A DNA stretch of 32,000 nt from Methanothermus fervidus DSM 2088. Its GTDB lineage: Archaea > Methanobacteriota > Methanobacteria > DSM-2088 > Methanothermaceae. The position numbers and the translations under genes were made by a program. The stretch is taken from the NCBI GenBank assembly GCA_000166095.1, contig CP002278.1, forward strand, positions 960,001 to 992,000, in the 5' to 3' direction. Shown here in pieces: positions 1 to 9,851 of this stretch (position 1 is its first letter; every line of letters begins with the position of its first letter). The notes beneath the pieces were generated by a model. It worked only from the letters and a program-made list of their open reading frames with translations. It searched no databases and was not told the DNA's origin.

Positions 1-1
1 A

Positions 2-334
2 AGTTATAAAGTGTATAGAGCAATAGCTGAAATTGAAGGAAAAATAAAAGAAGAAGATCTAAAAAAGATTGAACCTTCGTTTATTGTTAAACAAAGGACA
101 CCGTTACGAGTTTCCCATAGAAGGGCTGATAAAGTTAGAATAAGAAAAGTTTATGATATAAAACCAAAAATTTTGGATGAAAATACAATAGAACTCAAAA
201 TAAAGGCTGAAGGTGGATTATATATAAAGGAATTAATTTCAGGGGATGAAGGTAGAACAAAACCAAGCATAACTGAAATGTTGGGAAAGCAAGCAAAATG
301 TATAAAGTTAGATGTTATTGACATTGGAATTTAA
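2..334 (+). CDS. pus10: tRNA pseudouridine synthase Pus10, C-terminal part (truncated by window edge)
   Basis: Open from the window edge; QRTPLRVSHRRADKVRIRKVYDI...GGLYIKELISGDEGRTKPS matches the archaeal Pus10 C-terminus; directly upstream of rpl21e. Confidence 0.85.
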   Translation, partial: SYKVYRAIAEIEGKIKEEDLKKIEPSFIVKQRTPLRVSHRRADKVRIRKVYDIKPKILDENTIELKIKAEGGLYIKELISGDEGRTKPSITEMLGKQAKCIKLDVIDIGI

Positions 335-349
335 TTGGAGGTTTTATTA

Positions 350-643
350 ATGAAAGGTTCAAAGGGATTGAGAAGTGGAACTAGGTATAAATTCAAAAAG
401 AAAAAAAGACCAGGAATGACTAATCCAATAACAAGAATGATACAAAGATTTGAAAAAGGTGATAAAGTTCACATAATAGTGGATCCTAGTATTCATAAAG
501 GCCAACCACATCATAGATTCCACGGTAAAACAGGAGAAGTAATTGGAAAGAGAGGAAAATGTTATTTAATATCTGTAAGAGATGGTAATAAAGAAAAAAT
601 AGTTATAAGTAGGCCTGAGCACTTAAGACCTCAAAAGCAGTGA
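350..643 (+). CDS. rpl21e: 50S ribosomal protein L21e
   Basis: [32 protein letters not shown]...[11 protein letters not shown]. The ATG at 350 is preferred over the TTG at 335. Confidence 0.95.
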   Translation: MKGSKGLRSGTRYKFKKKKRPGMTNPITRMIQRFEKGDKVHIIVDPSIHKGQPHHRFHGKTGEVIGKRGKCYLISVRDGNKEKIVISRPEHLRPQKQ

Positions 644-648
644 TATCG

Positions 649-990
649 ATGATTGCTAAAGAAATTATAGAATCAACACCAGTTCCATTGCCTGTGGTTA
701 AAGAAATGTTGGAAGAACTTGGCAAGGAGTATGAACTAACACGAGAACAAAAATTAATTTTAGAACATATCAGTAAATTCGTAAAATTGAGTGCAAAGGA
801 AGCTATGGAACTCACAGACAAAATAGAAGAGATAGTAGGTGATAGAAGGATTGCCGTGCACATAGTAAACATAATGCCTGAAGATCTTGTAGAGTTACAT
901 GCATTATTAAGCAAAGAAAAAGTTTCATTAGGAAAGGAGGAAATGAAAAAAATTCTCAAAATTGTTAAAGAATATAAGAAAACTGAATAG
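649..990 (+). CDS. rpoF: DNA-directed RNA polymerase subunit F (Rpb4 homolog)
   Basis: MIAKEIIESTPVPLPVVKEMLEEL...; canonical position after L21e. The ATG at 649 is preferred. Confidence 0.85.
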   Translation: MIAKEIIESTPVPLPVVKEMLEELGKEYELTREQKLILEHISKFVKLSAKEAMELTDKIEEIVGDRRIAVHIVNIMPEDLVELHALLSKEKVSLGKEEMKKILKIVKEYKKTE

Positions 991-1001
991 CATGTGATTG
1001 G

Positions 1002-1607
1002 ATGGAAAAATATGCTATTATTTTAGATTATCTTCCTCATGGGTACATAGAGGAAGGAAGGCCTTTCTTTAGGAAGCGGCCAGTAGCACAGGCCATAGGG
1101 AAAGATGAATTTACATTGTTAGAATTAATACCAAAACCTGGAGTAGAATTAGACATACATGAAGAAGTTTATATTGGGCCTGGAAAACGTGATAAAATAG
1201 CTAGAGTTAACAGACGATTAACAGCTAGAGAGTTAACAGCTACAGCTCGCGTAGAGTTACCATACGTAGTCGAAGAAATTGTTAGATCAAGAGAAAATGA
1301 ATTTGTAGAATTTTTCAATAAAGCTACATCAATAAGTACTCGATTACACCAATTAGAGTTGTTACCAGGTATAGGAAAAAAATATATGTGGGAAATAATA
1401 AAAGCTCGTGAAAAAGAACCATTTAAAAGCTTTGAAGATATAAAAAAAAGAGTACCAAGTTTATCAGATCCTGTAAAAATTTTAGTTAAAAGAATACTTC
1501 TTGAATTAAATTTAGATGGAGGTAGTAAGGAAAAAGGAAAGAGAGGTAAACGAAAATATATACTGTTTGTAAAAGGTCTGAAGCGTAGGAGTAGAAGAAG
1601 ACGGTGA
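1002..1607 (+). CDS. DUF655 family protein with HhH-like region
   Basis: MEKYAIILDYLPHGYI...HQLELLPGIGKKYMWEIIKARE; conserved archaeal neighbour of rpoF and ksgA. Basic tail KRRSRRRR. Confidence 0.85.
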   Translation: MEKYAIILDYLPHGYIEEGRPFFRKRPVAQAIGKDEFTLLELIPKPGVELDIHEEVYIGPGKRDKIARVNRRLTARELTATARVELPYVVEEIVRSRENEFVEFFNKATSISTRLHQLELLPGIGKKYMWEIIKAREKEPFKSFEDIKKRVPSLSDPVKILVKRILLELNLDGGSKEKGKRGKRKYILFVKGLKRRSRRRR

Positions 1608-2455
1608 TCATAATATCATCATTACTCCATGAAACAAAATATATCTTAAAAAAATACAACATCTCTTTGAGTCGAAGATTGGGACAGAATTTTTTGATTA
1701 ATGAATATATAAGGAATAAAATAATTAATTATGCAAATTTAAACAAGAAAGATACAGTGTTAGAAATTGGTCCGGGGATAGGAACTCTTACAATTCCAAT
1801 GGCTAAATATGCAAAAAAAGTGATAGCAATAGAAAAAGATTGTAAGATGGTTGAAATACTGAAAGACAGAATTCATGATCTTAAAATTGATAACATAGAA
1901 ATTATTAATGCAGATGCTCTTAAAATTAAATTCCCAAAGTTTAACAAAGTAGTTTCTAATTTACCATACACCATCTCCTCTCCAATAACATTTAAGTTAT
2001 TAAATTATGATTTTAATTTAGGAGTTTTAATGTATCAAAAAGAATTTGCACAACGTCTCATTGCTAAACCAGGTACTTCCAATTATTCAAGATTGTCAGT
2101 CATGATGTATTTTAAGGCAAATGTAGAATTATTAGATATTATACCACCAAAATCGTTTATTCCAAGACCTAAAGTAAAATCAGCGATTGTTAAGATAATC
2201 CCAAAGAAGAAATTTAAAATTAATAGATTTTTTGAAAATGTGTGTCGGGCATTATTTCAGCATAAAAGGAAAAAATCAAAAAAAGCATTGATTGAATCAT
2301 CACATGAACTTAACATGAATAAATCAAAATTAAAACAAATTTTGGAAAGATTAGACCCAAAGTTAGCAGAAAAAAGAGTATTTAAATTAACACCAAATGA
2401 AATTCTCAAAATATCAAAATTTATTGAGGAACATGATAAAGTACAAAAACCTTAA
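1604..2455 (+). CDS. ksgA: 16S rRNA dimethyladenosine transferase
   Basis: LGQNFLINEYI...VLEIGPGIGTLT...SNLPYTISSPI; KsgA/RsmA signature. GTG start overlaps the previous stop. Confidence 0.95.
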   Translation: MIIISSLLHETKYILKKYNISLSRRLGQNFLINEYIRNKIINYANLNKKDTVLEIGPGIGTLTIPMAKYAKKVIAIEKDCKMVEILKDRIHDLKIDNIEIINADALKIKFPKFNKVVSNLPYTISSPITFKLLNYDFNLGVLMYQKEFAQRLIAKPGTSNYSRLSVMMYFKANVELLDIIPPKSFIPRPKVKSAIVKIIPKKKFKINRFFENVCRALFQHKRKKSKKALIESSHELNMNKSKLKQILERLDPKLAEKRVFKLTPNEILKISKFIEEHDKVQKP

Positions 2456-3020
2456 ATTTAAAACATGTCCAAAAGTTTATGAACCTTCAGATGACACATT
2501 TTTGTTACTTAAAAATTTAAAAATATGTAAAGATGATAAAGTATTGGAAATAGGTACGGGAATAGGTATAATAGCTATATTTGCATCACAGATAGCTAGA
2601 GAAGTTGTTGCAACCGATATAAATCCCTATGCTATTCAATGTGCTAAAAAAAATGCGCAAATAAATTCTGTAAAAAACATTAAATTTCTTGAAGGAAATC
2701 TTTTTGAACCCATAAATGAAAAGTTCAATACAATTTTATTTAATCCTCCTTATTTACCAACAGAAGATTTTAAAGAATTAAAGGATGAGTTATGCTTAGC
2801 ATGGGATGGAGGAAGCAATGGAAGAAAAATCATTGATAGATTTTTAAAAGAAGTAGACAAATATTTAAAACCTGATGGGAAAATTCAATTAGTCCAATCA
2901 TCTCTTTCAAATCCAAATAAAACAATTGATATACTGGAAAGAAAAGGATTTGAAGTTGAAATAACTGCATCAAAGAAATTATTCTTTGAAGAATTGTTGG
3001 TAATAACTGCATTTAAGTGA
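2433..3020 (+). CDS. HemK/PrmC-type protein methyltransferase (archaeal)
   Basis: YEPSDDTFLLLKNL...VLEIGTGIGIIAIFA...FNPPYLP (NPPY motif). Confidence 0.88.
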   Translation: MIKYKNLKFKTCPKVYEPSDDTFLLLKNLKICKDDKVLEIGTGIGIIAIFASQIAREVVATDINPYAIQCAKKNAQINSVKNIKFLEGNLFEPINEKFNTILFNPPYLPTEDFKELKDELCLAWDGGSNGRKIIDRFLKEVDKYLKPDGKIQLVQSSLSNPNKTIDILERKGFEVEITASKKLFFEELLVITAFK

Positions 3021-3025
3021 TTGAA

Positions 3026-3595
3026 ATGTTAGAGAAACTAAAATCTACCTTAGAAAAATCTCCTGTAATAAAAAAAGGAGAATATCATTATTTTGTGAGT
3101 CCTGTAACTGATGGAATACCCCTAACAGAGCCCAATCTACTGATGGAGATCGTAGATGCAATAGAAAAGAAATTTGATTTGGAAGATATAGATAAAATAG
3201 TATGCATTGAAGCAATGGGGATACATTTAGCAACAGCATTGTCAATAAAAACAGGGATACCTTTTGTAGTAATCAGGAAAAAGAAATATGGACTTCCCGG
3301 AGAAGTAGAAATACGACAAGTTACAGGATATGGAGAATCAAATCTATATGTAAATGGTGTTAATTCTGGAGACAAAATTTTAGTGATTGATGATGTTGTA
3401 AGTACTGGAGGAACATTGATTTCTGTTATAAATGCATTGAAAAAAATTAGTGCAGATATAAAATATGTCATAGCTGTTGTAGAAAAAGGTGAAGGAAGAA
3501 AAAAGGTAGAAAAAGAAACTGGAACTAAAGTTAATACCCTTGTTAAAGTTGATGTAATAGATGGTGAGGTGAAAATTATAAACAATGAAGTATGA
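3026..3595 (+). CDS. hpt: Hypoxanthine/guanine (purine) phosphoribosyltransferase, archaeal type
   Basis: MLEKLKSTLEKSPVIKKGEYHYFVSPVTDGIPL...ILVIDDVVSTGGTL PRPP-binding loop. Confidence 0.87.
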   Translation: MLEKLKSTLEKSPVIKKGEYHYFVSPVTDGIPLTEPNLLMEIVDAIEKKFDLEDIDKIVCIEAMGIHLATALSIKTGIPFVVIRKKKYGLPGEVEIRQVTGYGESNLYVNGVNSGDKILVIDDVVSTGGTLISVINALKKISADIKYVIAVVEKGEGRKKVEKETGTKVNTLVKVDVIDGEVKIINNEV

Positions 3596-4598
3596 TTTTA
3601 AGTTAAATAAGGTAATTAAAAAAATAAAAGAAAAAAATGCAAAAAATGTAGTTTTACAATTTCCAGAAGGTCTTAGGCCAAAGGCAATTGACATAGCTAA
3701 AAAAATAGAGTCTAAAACCAATGTAAATGTAATTATTTCGGCAGATTCATGTTATGGTGCATGTGATGTCGCAGATAAAAAATATTATGGAATTGTTGAT
3801 TTAATAGTACATTATGGTCATACACCATTGCCTATTAAAACAAAGGTTCCAACAATTTTTGTTGAAGCTTTCTCTACTTTAGATTTTAAAGACATTAAAA
3901 ATCTTTTAAAACAAGCCATAGATTATATTGGGAAAGACAAGAAAATTGGATTAGTTTCAGTTGCACAACATCTTCCATTACTTAAAAAAATTAAAAAATA
4001 TCTAGAAAAAAAAGGTAAAGAAGTTGTAATGAAAAAAGGAATTGGGACAAAACCTGGGCAAGTTTTGGGATGTAATTTTTCTTCGGTTAAAAATTTAGAT
4101 GTTGATACTTATTTGTTTATTGGTGGTGGAAACTTTCATGCACTAGGAATAAAATTAGCAACAAAGAAACCAGTAGTTATTGTAGATCCATACGAAGGTG
4201 AAGTAAGAAACATAGAAAGGTTCGCAAAAAAAATTATGAAAATAAGATTTGCTAAAATAATAAAAGCTCAAAAAGCAAAAACTTGGGGAATATTGATGTC
4301 ATCAAAACCAGGCCAACTTAGACAAGAATTAGCATTAAAACTAAAAAATAAATTAAAAGCTCATGGCAAAAAATCATTTCTCATAATTTTAGATAACATA
4401 GTCCCCGAATTTTTACAATCTTTTACAGGTATAGATGCTTTTGTTTCTACTGCTTGCCCTCGTATTGCTATTGATGATTCTTATCTTTTTAAAAAACCCG
4501 TATTAACACCTAAGGAACTAGAAATTGTATTAGGTGAGAGAAGTTGGGAAGAATATGAATTAGACGAAATAATTTGGGAGGAAGGGAATGAAAACTAA
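3585..4598 (+). CDS. dph2: Diphthamide biosynthesis enzyme Dph2
   Basis: LQFPEGLRPKA...DSCYGACDVAD...IGGGNFHALG...TACPRIAIDD; the three conserved Cys regions are present. Confidence 0.93.
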   Translation: MKYDFKLNKVIKKIKEKNAKNVVLQFPEGLRPKAIDIAKKIESKTNVNVIISADSCYGACDVADKKYYGIVDLIVHYGHTPLPIKTKVPTIFVEAFSTLDFKDIKNLLKQAIDYIGKDKKIGLVSVAQHLPLLKKIKKYLEKKGKEVVMKKGIGTKPGQVLGCNFSSVKNLDVDTYLFIGGGNFHALGIKLATKKPVVIVDPYEGEVRNIERFAKKIMKIRFAKIIKAQKAKTWGILMSSKPGQLRQELALKLKNKLKAHGKKSFLIILDNIVPEFLQSFTGIDAFVSTACPRIAIDDSYLFKKPVLTPKELEIVLGERSWEEYELDEIIWEEGNEN

Positions 4599-5187
4599 AG
4601 TAAAAAGTGGAGATTTAGTACTTCCAGGAGATACATTAGGTATAAGCGAAGAATTTATTCCTCTCCACAATACTTATGAAGAGAATGGTAAAATAAAATC
4701 TTTAATTGTAGGGCGAGTATTAAAGGATTATAGAAATAAGACTATTTCTGTGATGCCATGCTTAGAATTACCTCCTATTTTAAAGAAAAATACACATGTA
4801 ATTGGTGAAGTAATTGATATTAAAGAAGAGAAGATAGCATTAGTTAGACTTCTGGGTGTCAAAGGGCTTAAAAGACCTATTTTTACTAATTTGATCGCTG
4901 GAATTTATCTTCCAAATGTTCAAAGAGCTTATTTAAATAAAATGAGTGATGCATTCCATATTGGCGACATTGTGGAAGCTAAAATTCATGAAATGTTAGG
5001 GTTAAGTTATATATCTTTAAGAACAGTTGAAAAAGATTTAGGAGTGATAAGAGCTCTCTGTACTAAATGTAGAAATCCTATGGCAAAGATTGGAAGAAAT
5101 CTTGTAAAATGTACGAATTGTGGGAATATAGAGAAAAGAAAACTTTCTATCAACTATATCATAAAGGGGGAGAAAAATGAAAATTAA
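4588..5187 (+). CDS. csl4: Exosome complex RNA-binding protein Csl4
   Basis: VLPGDTLGISEEFIPLHNTYEENGKI, S1-like middle, C-terminal zinc ribbon CTKCRNPM...CTNCGNIEKRKL. Confidence 0.92.
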   Translation: MKTKVKSGDLVLPGDTLGISEEFIPLHNTYEENGKIKSLIVGRVLKDYRNKTISVMPCLELPPILKKNTHVIGEVIDIKEEKIALVRLLGVKGLKRPIFTNLIAGIYLPNVQRAYLNKMSDAFHIGDIVEAKIHEMLGLSYISLRTVEKDLGVIRALCTKCRNPMAKIGRNLVKCTNCGNIEKRKLSINYIIKGEKNEN

Positions 5188-5437
5188 AATAACTAAAGAA
5201 ACAAAAAACGAATTAGAGATTATACTGAAAGGTGAAAACCATACTTTCTGTAATTTATTAAGAAAAAAGCTTTTGGAAGATAAAGATGTGGAAGTCGCTG
5301 CATATACAATAGATCATCCAATTGTTGGAGAACCAAGATTATATGTTAGAGGAAAAAATCCAAAACAATCTTTGTTAAAAGCTGCTAAAAATATAAAAGA
5401 AAACTTCAATGAATTTAAAAAAATTTTAGAGTCATGA
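5177..5437 (+). CDS. rpoL: DNA-directed RNA polymerase subunit L (Rpb11)
   Basis: ELEIILKGENHTFCNLLRKKLLEDKDVEVAAYTIDHPIVGEPRLYVRG. Confidence 0.94.
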   Translation: MKIKITKETKNELEIILKGENHTFCNLLRKKLLEDKDVEVAAYTIDHPIVGEPRLYVRGKNPKQSLLKAAKNIKENFNEFKKILES

Positions 5438-6027
5438 TAAAAAAATTTAGAAGAATTAAAGAAGAAATAAGGATTTTAGGAATAGATGATGCCCCTTTTA
5501 AACCTTTTAAAAAAAGCCAGGTGTTAGTTGTTGGCACTATTTTTCGTGGAAATAAGGCATTAGATGGTGTTCTAAGTACTCATGTTGAAGTTGATGGAGA
5601 AGATGCTACAAAAAAACTTGTTGAGATGATCAACAACACCAGACATAAAGATCAGTTAGGTGTTGTAATGCTTGATGGCATTACATTTGCAGGATTTAAT
5701 ATTGTAGATATAGAGAAGTTATTTAATAAAACAAAAATACCAGTTATAGTGATTATCAAAAAATTTCCAAATAGAAATAAAATTAAAGAAGCATTAAAAA
5801 AGCATTTTAAGGATTGGAAAGAAAGATGGAAAAAGGTTCTTAATGCAGGTAAAATCTATAAAGTAGAAAATTTAGACTTATATATTCAAATAAAAGGTTT
5901 AAAATTGAAGGACGCAATAAAAATTGTTAAATTGAGTATAAAATATGGAATTACACCTGAACCTATCCGTGTAGCTCATCTAATAGCATCTGGGATTGAA
6001 AAGGGTGAATCTCGTGGCAAAGTATAA
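5434..6027 (+). CDS. DUF99 family protein
   Basis: LGIDDAPF...VLVVGTIFRG...LDGVLSTHVEVDGEDAT...VVMLDGITFAGFNIVD. Confidence 0.9.
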   Translation: MIKKFRRIKEEIRILGIDDAPFKPFKKSQVLVVGTIFRGNKALDGVLSTHVEVDGEDATKKLVEMINNTRHKDQLGVVMLDGITFAGFNIVDIEKLFNKTKIPVIVIIKKFPNRNKIKEALKKHFKDWKERWKKVLNAGKIYKVENLDLYIQIKGLKLKDAIKIVKLSIKYGITPEPIRVAHLIASGIEKGESRGKV

Positions 6028-6442
6028 AAGTCCAAAACTTACTGTCGATATTATAATAATGGATTCTAAGGGTAAAATTGTTTTAATAAAAAGAAAAAAA
6101 GATCCTTATAAGAACTTTTGGGCATTGCCTGGTGGATTTGTAGAATATGGTGAAAAGGTTGAAGAAGCTGCAATTAGGGAAGCTAAAGAAGAAACAGGAC
6201 TCAATATAAAACTAAAAAAATTGGTTGGAGTATATTCAGATCCTAATAGAGATCCGCGCGGCCATGTTGTAAGTATATGTTATCTTGCTTCCCCAGTTTC
6301 TGGAAAACTTAAAGCAAAAACAGATGCCAAAGACGTTTCATTATTTAATATAGAAGAAATCGATAATATCAAATTAGCATTTGATCATGCTAAAATGATA
6401 AAAGATGCTCTTGAATTACTTGAACATGAAAATTTATATTAA
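6014..6442 (+). CDS. Nudix hydrolase
   Basis: Nudix box GGFVEYGEKVEEAAIREAKEETGL. GTG start at 6014 inferred (MAKYKSPKLTVDIIIM). Confidence 0.92.
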   Translation: MAKYKSPKLTVDIIIMDSKGKIVLIKRKKDPYKNFWALPGGFVEYGEKVEEAAIREAKEETGLNIKLKKLVGVYSDPNRDPRGHVVSICYLASPVSGKLKAKTDAKDVSLFNIEEIDNIKLAFDHAKMIKDALELLEHENLY

Positions 6443-6486
6443 CAACAAAGGATAGCAAATTAAGTAAGAAAAATTGGAGGTTGAAA

Positions 6487-6804
6487 ATGGAATTTTGTCC
6501 TAAATGTAAAGCATTGATGGTTTCCAAAAACGGTGTATTGAAATGTACAAGATGTGGATACGAAAAAAAATTAGACAAAAATGTAATTAACACGTATAAA
6601 ACTACGGAAAAAGTTGGAAAAAGAGAAGCCGTGATTTTCACGAAGTCTGAAGTAAAAACCATGCCTACAGTTAAAAAAGAATGTCCTAAATGTGGTAACA
6701 ATGAAGCCTATTGGTGGTTACAACAAACAAGGAGAGCTGACGAATCAGAAACAAGATTCTTTAGATGTACAAAATGTAAATATACATGGCGTGAATATGA
6801 TTAG
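6487..6804 (+). CDS. tfs: Transcription factor S (TFIIS/RpoM-like)
   Basis: MEFCPKCKALMVSKNGVLKCTRCGY...CPKCGNNEAYWWLQQTRRADESETRFFRCTKCKYTWREYD. Confidence 0.96.
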   Translation: MEFCPKCKALMVSKNGVLKCTRCGYEKKLDKNVINTYKTTEKVGKREAVIFTKSEVKTMPTVKKECPKCGNNEAYWWLQQTRRADESETRFFRCTKCKYTWREYD

Positions 6805-6821
6805 TAATTAGTGGTGTAATT

Positions 6822-7115
6822 ATGAAAAAGATATTACATGAAAAAATATCTAAATTTAAAAAAAATAAAGGAAAAATTGTGAAATTGACATGTCTTATAA
6901 TTGGATCCTCGTTAGTCATCTTTGGCTCTTTAAATTTACTTACTCCCACCGAAAGGTTTGTAGATAATATAGTTGTTAGTGAAAAGTCTATAATGACAGC
7001 ATTTTTAATTTTAACAGGATTGGTGATAGGAACTGGTGCAGTAGCAGATGATATCAGTAAAAAATTATTTAAAGACTTCCATAGGAAAGTCTCCAGTTTA
7101 GAGGAGGAAGATTAA
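6822..7115 (+). CDS. Small membrane protein, function unknown
   Basis: Two hydrophobic segments; stop directly abuts the pcn start codon. Confidence 0.6.
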   Translation: MKKILHEKISKFKKNKGKIVKLTCLIIGSSLVIFGSLNLLTPTERFVDNIVVSEKSIMTAFLILTGLVIGTGAVADDISKKLFKDFHRKVSSLEEED

Positions 7116-7847
7116 ATGCTTAAAGCAAGATTATCTGATCCAGACATTTTAAAAAGTAGTTTTGATGCTATAAGTGGTATCATAGATGAAGTTCAAATGA
7201 TAGCAAAGGAAGATGGTATATATATGGATGCAATAGATCGTAGCCACATAACCTTTGTGCATTTAGAATTAAAGAATGAATTATTTGATGAATATAGTGT
7301 TGATGGTGAAGAAAAAATAAATATAGATACTGAAGAGTTAGTAAAAGTATTAAAGAGAGTAAGAAGTACAGAAATAATAACATTGGAAACTGATGAGAAC
7401 AATCTCATTATTTCAATTGAAAATGATGCAAAAAGATCATTTAGGATTAGATTGATAGATATAAGTTATGAAAAACCTAAAACTCCAAAACTAGATTTGC
7501 CTGTTTCTGTAGAAGTTCCAGTTGATGTTTTAAGAGATGCTATCAGAGATTTAGAAATGTTTAATGACAAAATAGTTTTTGAAGTAGATGAGAACAAACT
7601 CTTGATTACAGGAGAAAGTGAATTTGGAGATGTAAAAATTGAATATCCACATGCAGAAGAAGTAGATTCTAAGGTTAGAAGTGTATATAGTTTAGAAAAA
7701 GTTAAAGAAATGTTAAAAGCTTATAAATTTAGTGATAGAGTTATTGTTTCTCTCGGAAACGATACACCTCTCGATCTTACATTTGAACTTCCTGAAGGAG
7801 AAGGTAGATTAACTTTTCTACTAGCTCCTAGATTGGAGGCTGAATAA
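7116..7847 (+). CDS. pcn: DNA polymerase sliding clamp PCNA
   Basis: MLKARLSDPDILKSSFDAISGIIDEV...DRSHITFVHLELK...PLDLTFELPEGEGRLTFLLAPRLE. Confidence 0.96.
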   Translation: MLKARLSDPDILKSSFDAISGIIDEVQMIAKEDGIYMDAIDRSHITFVHLELKNELFDEYSVDGEEKINIDTEELVKVLKRVRSTEIITLETDENNLIISIENDAKRSFRIRLIDISYEKPKTPKLDLPVSVEVPVDVLRDAIRDLEMFNDKIVFEVDENKLLITGESEFGDVKIEYPHAEEVDSKVRSVYSLEKVKEMLKAYKFSDRVIVSLGNDTPLDLTFELPEGEGRLTFLLAPRLEAE

Positions 7848-7876
7848 TAATTTGATTTTTAATTTATTGTGGTGAA

Positions 7877-8425
7877 ATGGATCTACGTAAATTCTTTAAA
7901 AAACTTCGGGAAATACATAGAAACGAAAGGATAAGTAGTAAATTAACAAAAATTGATAAAAATTTTTATAAAAAAACAAACAAATATTTAAAGGAGCTTA
8001 AAAATTCTATAAAAGATGATCCATTTTCAAGGCAAGAATTATTTTTCCAATCAAAAAGGATTATTACAGAAATATGTGAAAGAAGAGAACGCAAAATTGT
8101 TAATAAATTATTGACAAATTTTCAAAAAAATTATGATATTGTAGAAGGTAGTAAAAAAACTATTGATTCGGCACCAAAAAATTTAACTCCTGAGGAAAAA
8201 GAACTTTATTTCTCTCTACTAGAAGTATTAAAAAAATACAGAGAAAAAATACATAGAACTAAGCCTATTAAGAATTACAAAACCATAATTATATTAGATA
8301 ACATACCTTCTATTGTAGGCATAGATAAAAAAATATATGGTCCATTTAGAGAACAAGATGTCGTAGTCTTACCAAAGCTTAATGCAAGAATATTCCTTAA
8401 ATATAAGAAAGGTAAAAGAATATGA
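7877..8425 (+). CDS. DNA replication complex GINS subunit, Gins51-like
   Basis: Position between pcn and rpl44e, helical N-terminus, and small C-terminal domain ([37 protein letters not shown]). Confidence 0.8.
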   Translation: MDLRKFFKKLREIHRNERISSKLTKIDKNFYKKTNKYLKELKNSIKDDPFSRQELFFQSKRIITEICERRERKIVNKLLTNFQKNYDIVEGSKKTIDSAPKNLTPEEKELYFSLLEVLKKYREKIHRTKPIKNYKTIIILDNIPSIVGIDKKIYGPFREQDVVVLPKLNARIFLKYKKGKRI

Positions 8426-8435
8426 GGTGAAGAAA

Positions 8436-8711
8436 ATGAAAATACCTAAGGAAGTGAGAAGATATTGCCCATATTGCAGAAAACATACGACACATGAGGT
8501 ATTTGAATCAAAAAGAAGGAAAGCTAGTGAACTAAAGTGGGGACAAAGACAGTTTAGAAGAGTGACAGCAGGTTATCGTGGTTATCCACGTCCATTACCT
8601 TCAGGAAGTAAACCAACAAAAAAAGTTGACTTAAGATTTAGATGTAAAGAATGCGGTAAAGCCCATAGTAAAAGAAAGACATTTAGAGCTGGTAGAATAG
8701 AATTTGTATGA
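8436..8711 (+). CDS. rpl44e: 50S ribosomal protein L44e
   Basis: [43 protein letters not shown]...CKECGKAH. Confidence 0.97.
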   Translation: MKIPKEVRRYCPYCRKHTTHEVFESKRRKASELKWGQRQFRRVTAGYRGYPRPLPSGSKPTKKVDLRFRCKECGKAHSKRKTFRAGRIEFV

Positions 8712-8722
8712 GGGGGTTTTAG

Positions 8723-8896
8723 ATGCGCCCCCAAAGCAGATTTATAAAAATAAAATGTTTAGATTGTGGAAACCAACAAATAACATTTGATAGGGCTTCC
8801 TCAGTGGTTCGATGCTTAGTGTGTGGTAAAGTGCTGGTTAAACCACAAGGAGGCAAGGCAAAAATATTAGCAAAAGTTATAGAGACTGTGGATTAG
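8723..8896 (+). CDS. rps27e: 30S ribosomal protein S27e (below the ORF-track length cutoff)
   Basis: Hand translation: MRPQSRFIKIKCLDCGNQQITFDRASSVVRCLVCGKVLVKPQGGKAKILAKVIETVD; two CxxC pairs. Confidence 0.96.
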   Translation: MRPQSRFIKIKCLDCGNQQITFDRASSVVRCLVCGKVLVKPQGGKAKILAKVIETVD

Positions 8897-8907
8897 TGGT
8901 GTAGAAT

Positions 8908-9681
8908 ATGGCTTTAAAAGAATGGCCAGAAGAAGGCGAATTAGTAGTTGCTACAGTAAAAAAAGTTAGAGATTATGGTGCATTTGTAAGATTAGAAGAA
9001 TATAAAGGTAAAGAAGGATTTATACATATCTCAGAAGTTTCATCTGGTTGGGTAAAAAATATTAGGGATTTTGTAAAAGAAAATCAAAAAATCGTTGCAA
9101 GAGTTGTAAGAGTTAACCCTGTAAAAGGACAAGTAGATTTATCATTGAAAGGTATAAGAGAGGATCAAAAAAGGAAAAAAATCCAACAATGGAGAATAGA
9201 ACAAAAAGCTGAAAAGTTTTTAGAGTTAGCAGCAAAAAGTTTAAATAAAGATCTTGAAACAGCCTATAAAGAACTTGGCAAAATAGTTGTGGAAAATTTT
9301 GGAGATCTTTATGCAGTATTTGAAGTAGCAGCAGATGAGGGAGAAAAAGCATTAATAGATGTGGGTATTCCAAAAGATTGGGCAAAGGCAATTACAGAAG
9401 TCGCTGTAAAAAACATTAAGCCATCTAAAGTAAAAATAACAGGCTATGTAGATCTTATCTCCTATGCTCCAAATGGTGTAGAAATAATAAGAGATGCACT
9501 GAAGAAAATTGAAGATAAAGACATAGAAATTCAAGTTGTTGGAGCACCAAGATATAGAATAACAGTTACTTCCAAAGATTATCCTTCCGCTGAAAAGAAA
9601 CTTAGAAAAGCTGCTGAGAAATGCATATCATTTGTCGAAAAATTTGGTGGAAAAGGAGAATTTCATCGTGAAGTAACATGA
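8908..9681 (+). CDS. aif2a: Translation initiation factor aIF2 subunit alpha
   Basis: [52 protein letters not shown]1 domain. Confidence 0.96.
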   Translation: MALKEWPEEGELVVATVKKVRDYGAFVRLEEYKGKEGFIHISEVSSGWVKNIRDFVKENQKIVARVVRVNPVKGQVDLSLKGIREDQKRKKIQQWRIEQKAEKFLELAAKSLNKDLETAYKELGKIVVENFGDLYAVFEVAADEGEKALIDVGIPKDWAKAITEVAVKNIKPSKVKITGYVDLISYAPNGVEIIRDALKKIEDKDIEIQVVGAPRYRITVTSKDYPSAEKKLRKAAEKCISFVEKFGGKGEFHREVT

Positions 9682-9683
9682 AA

Positions 9684-9851
9684 ATGAAAAAATGTAAAGT
9701 ATGTGGTGAATATACATTAAAAGATAAGTGTCCTTATTGTGGAGGGGAAGTAAGGATTCCTCGCCCAGCCCGATTTTCCCCAGAAGATAAATATGGGAAG
9801 TACCGGCGTATATTAAAAAAACAAACTATCCTTAGGGGAGAAAAAACATGA
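9684..9851 (+). CDS. nop10: H/ACA RNP component Nop10 (below the ORF-track length cutoff)
   Basis: Hand translation: [55 protein letters not shown]. Confidence 0.95.
   Translation: MKKCKVCGEYTLKDKCPYCGGEVRIPRPARFSPEDKYGKYRRILKKQTILRGEKT

Noticed and set aside
3088-3585. Minus-strand ORF of 165 aa opposite hpt
   Set aside because: Ser/Thr/Phe-rich mirror translation of a conserved PRTase gene.
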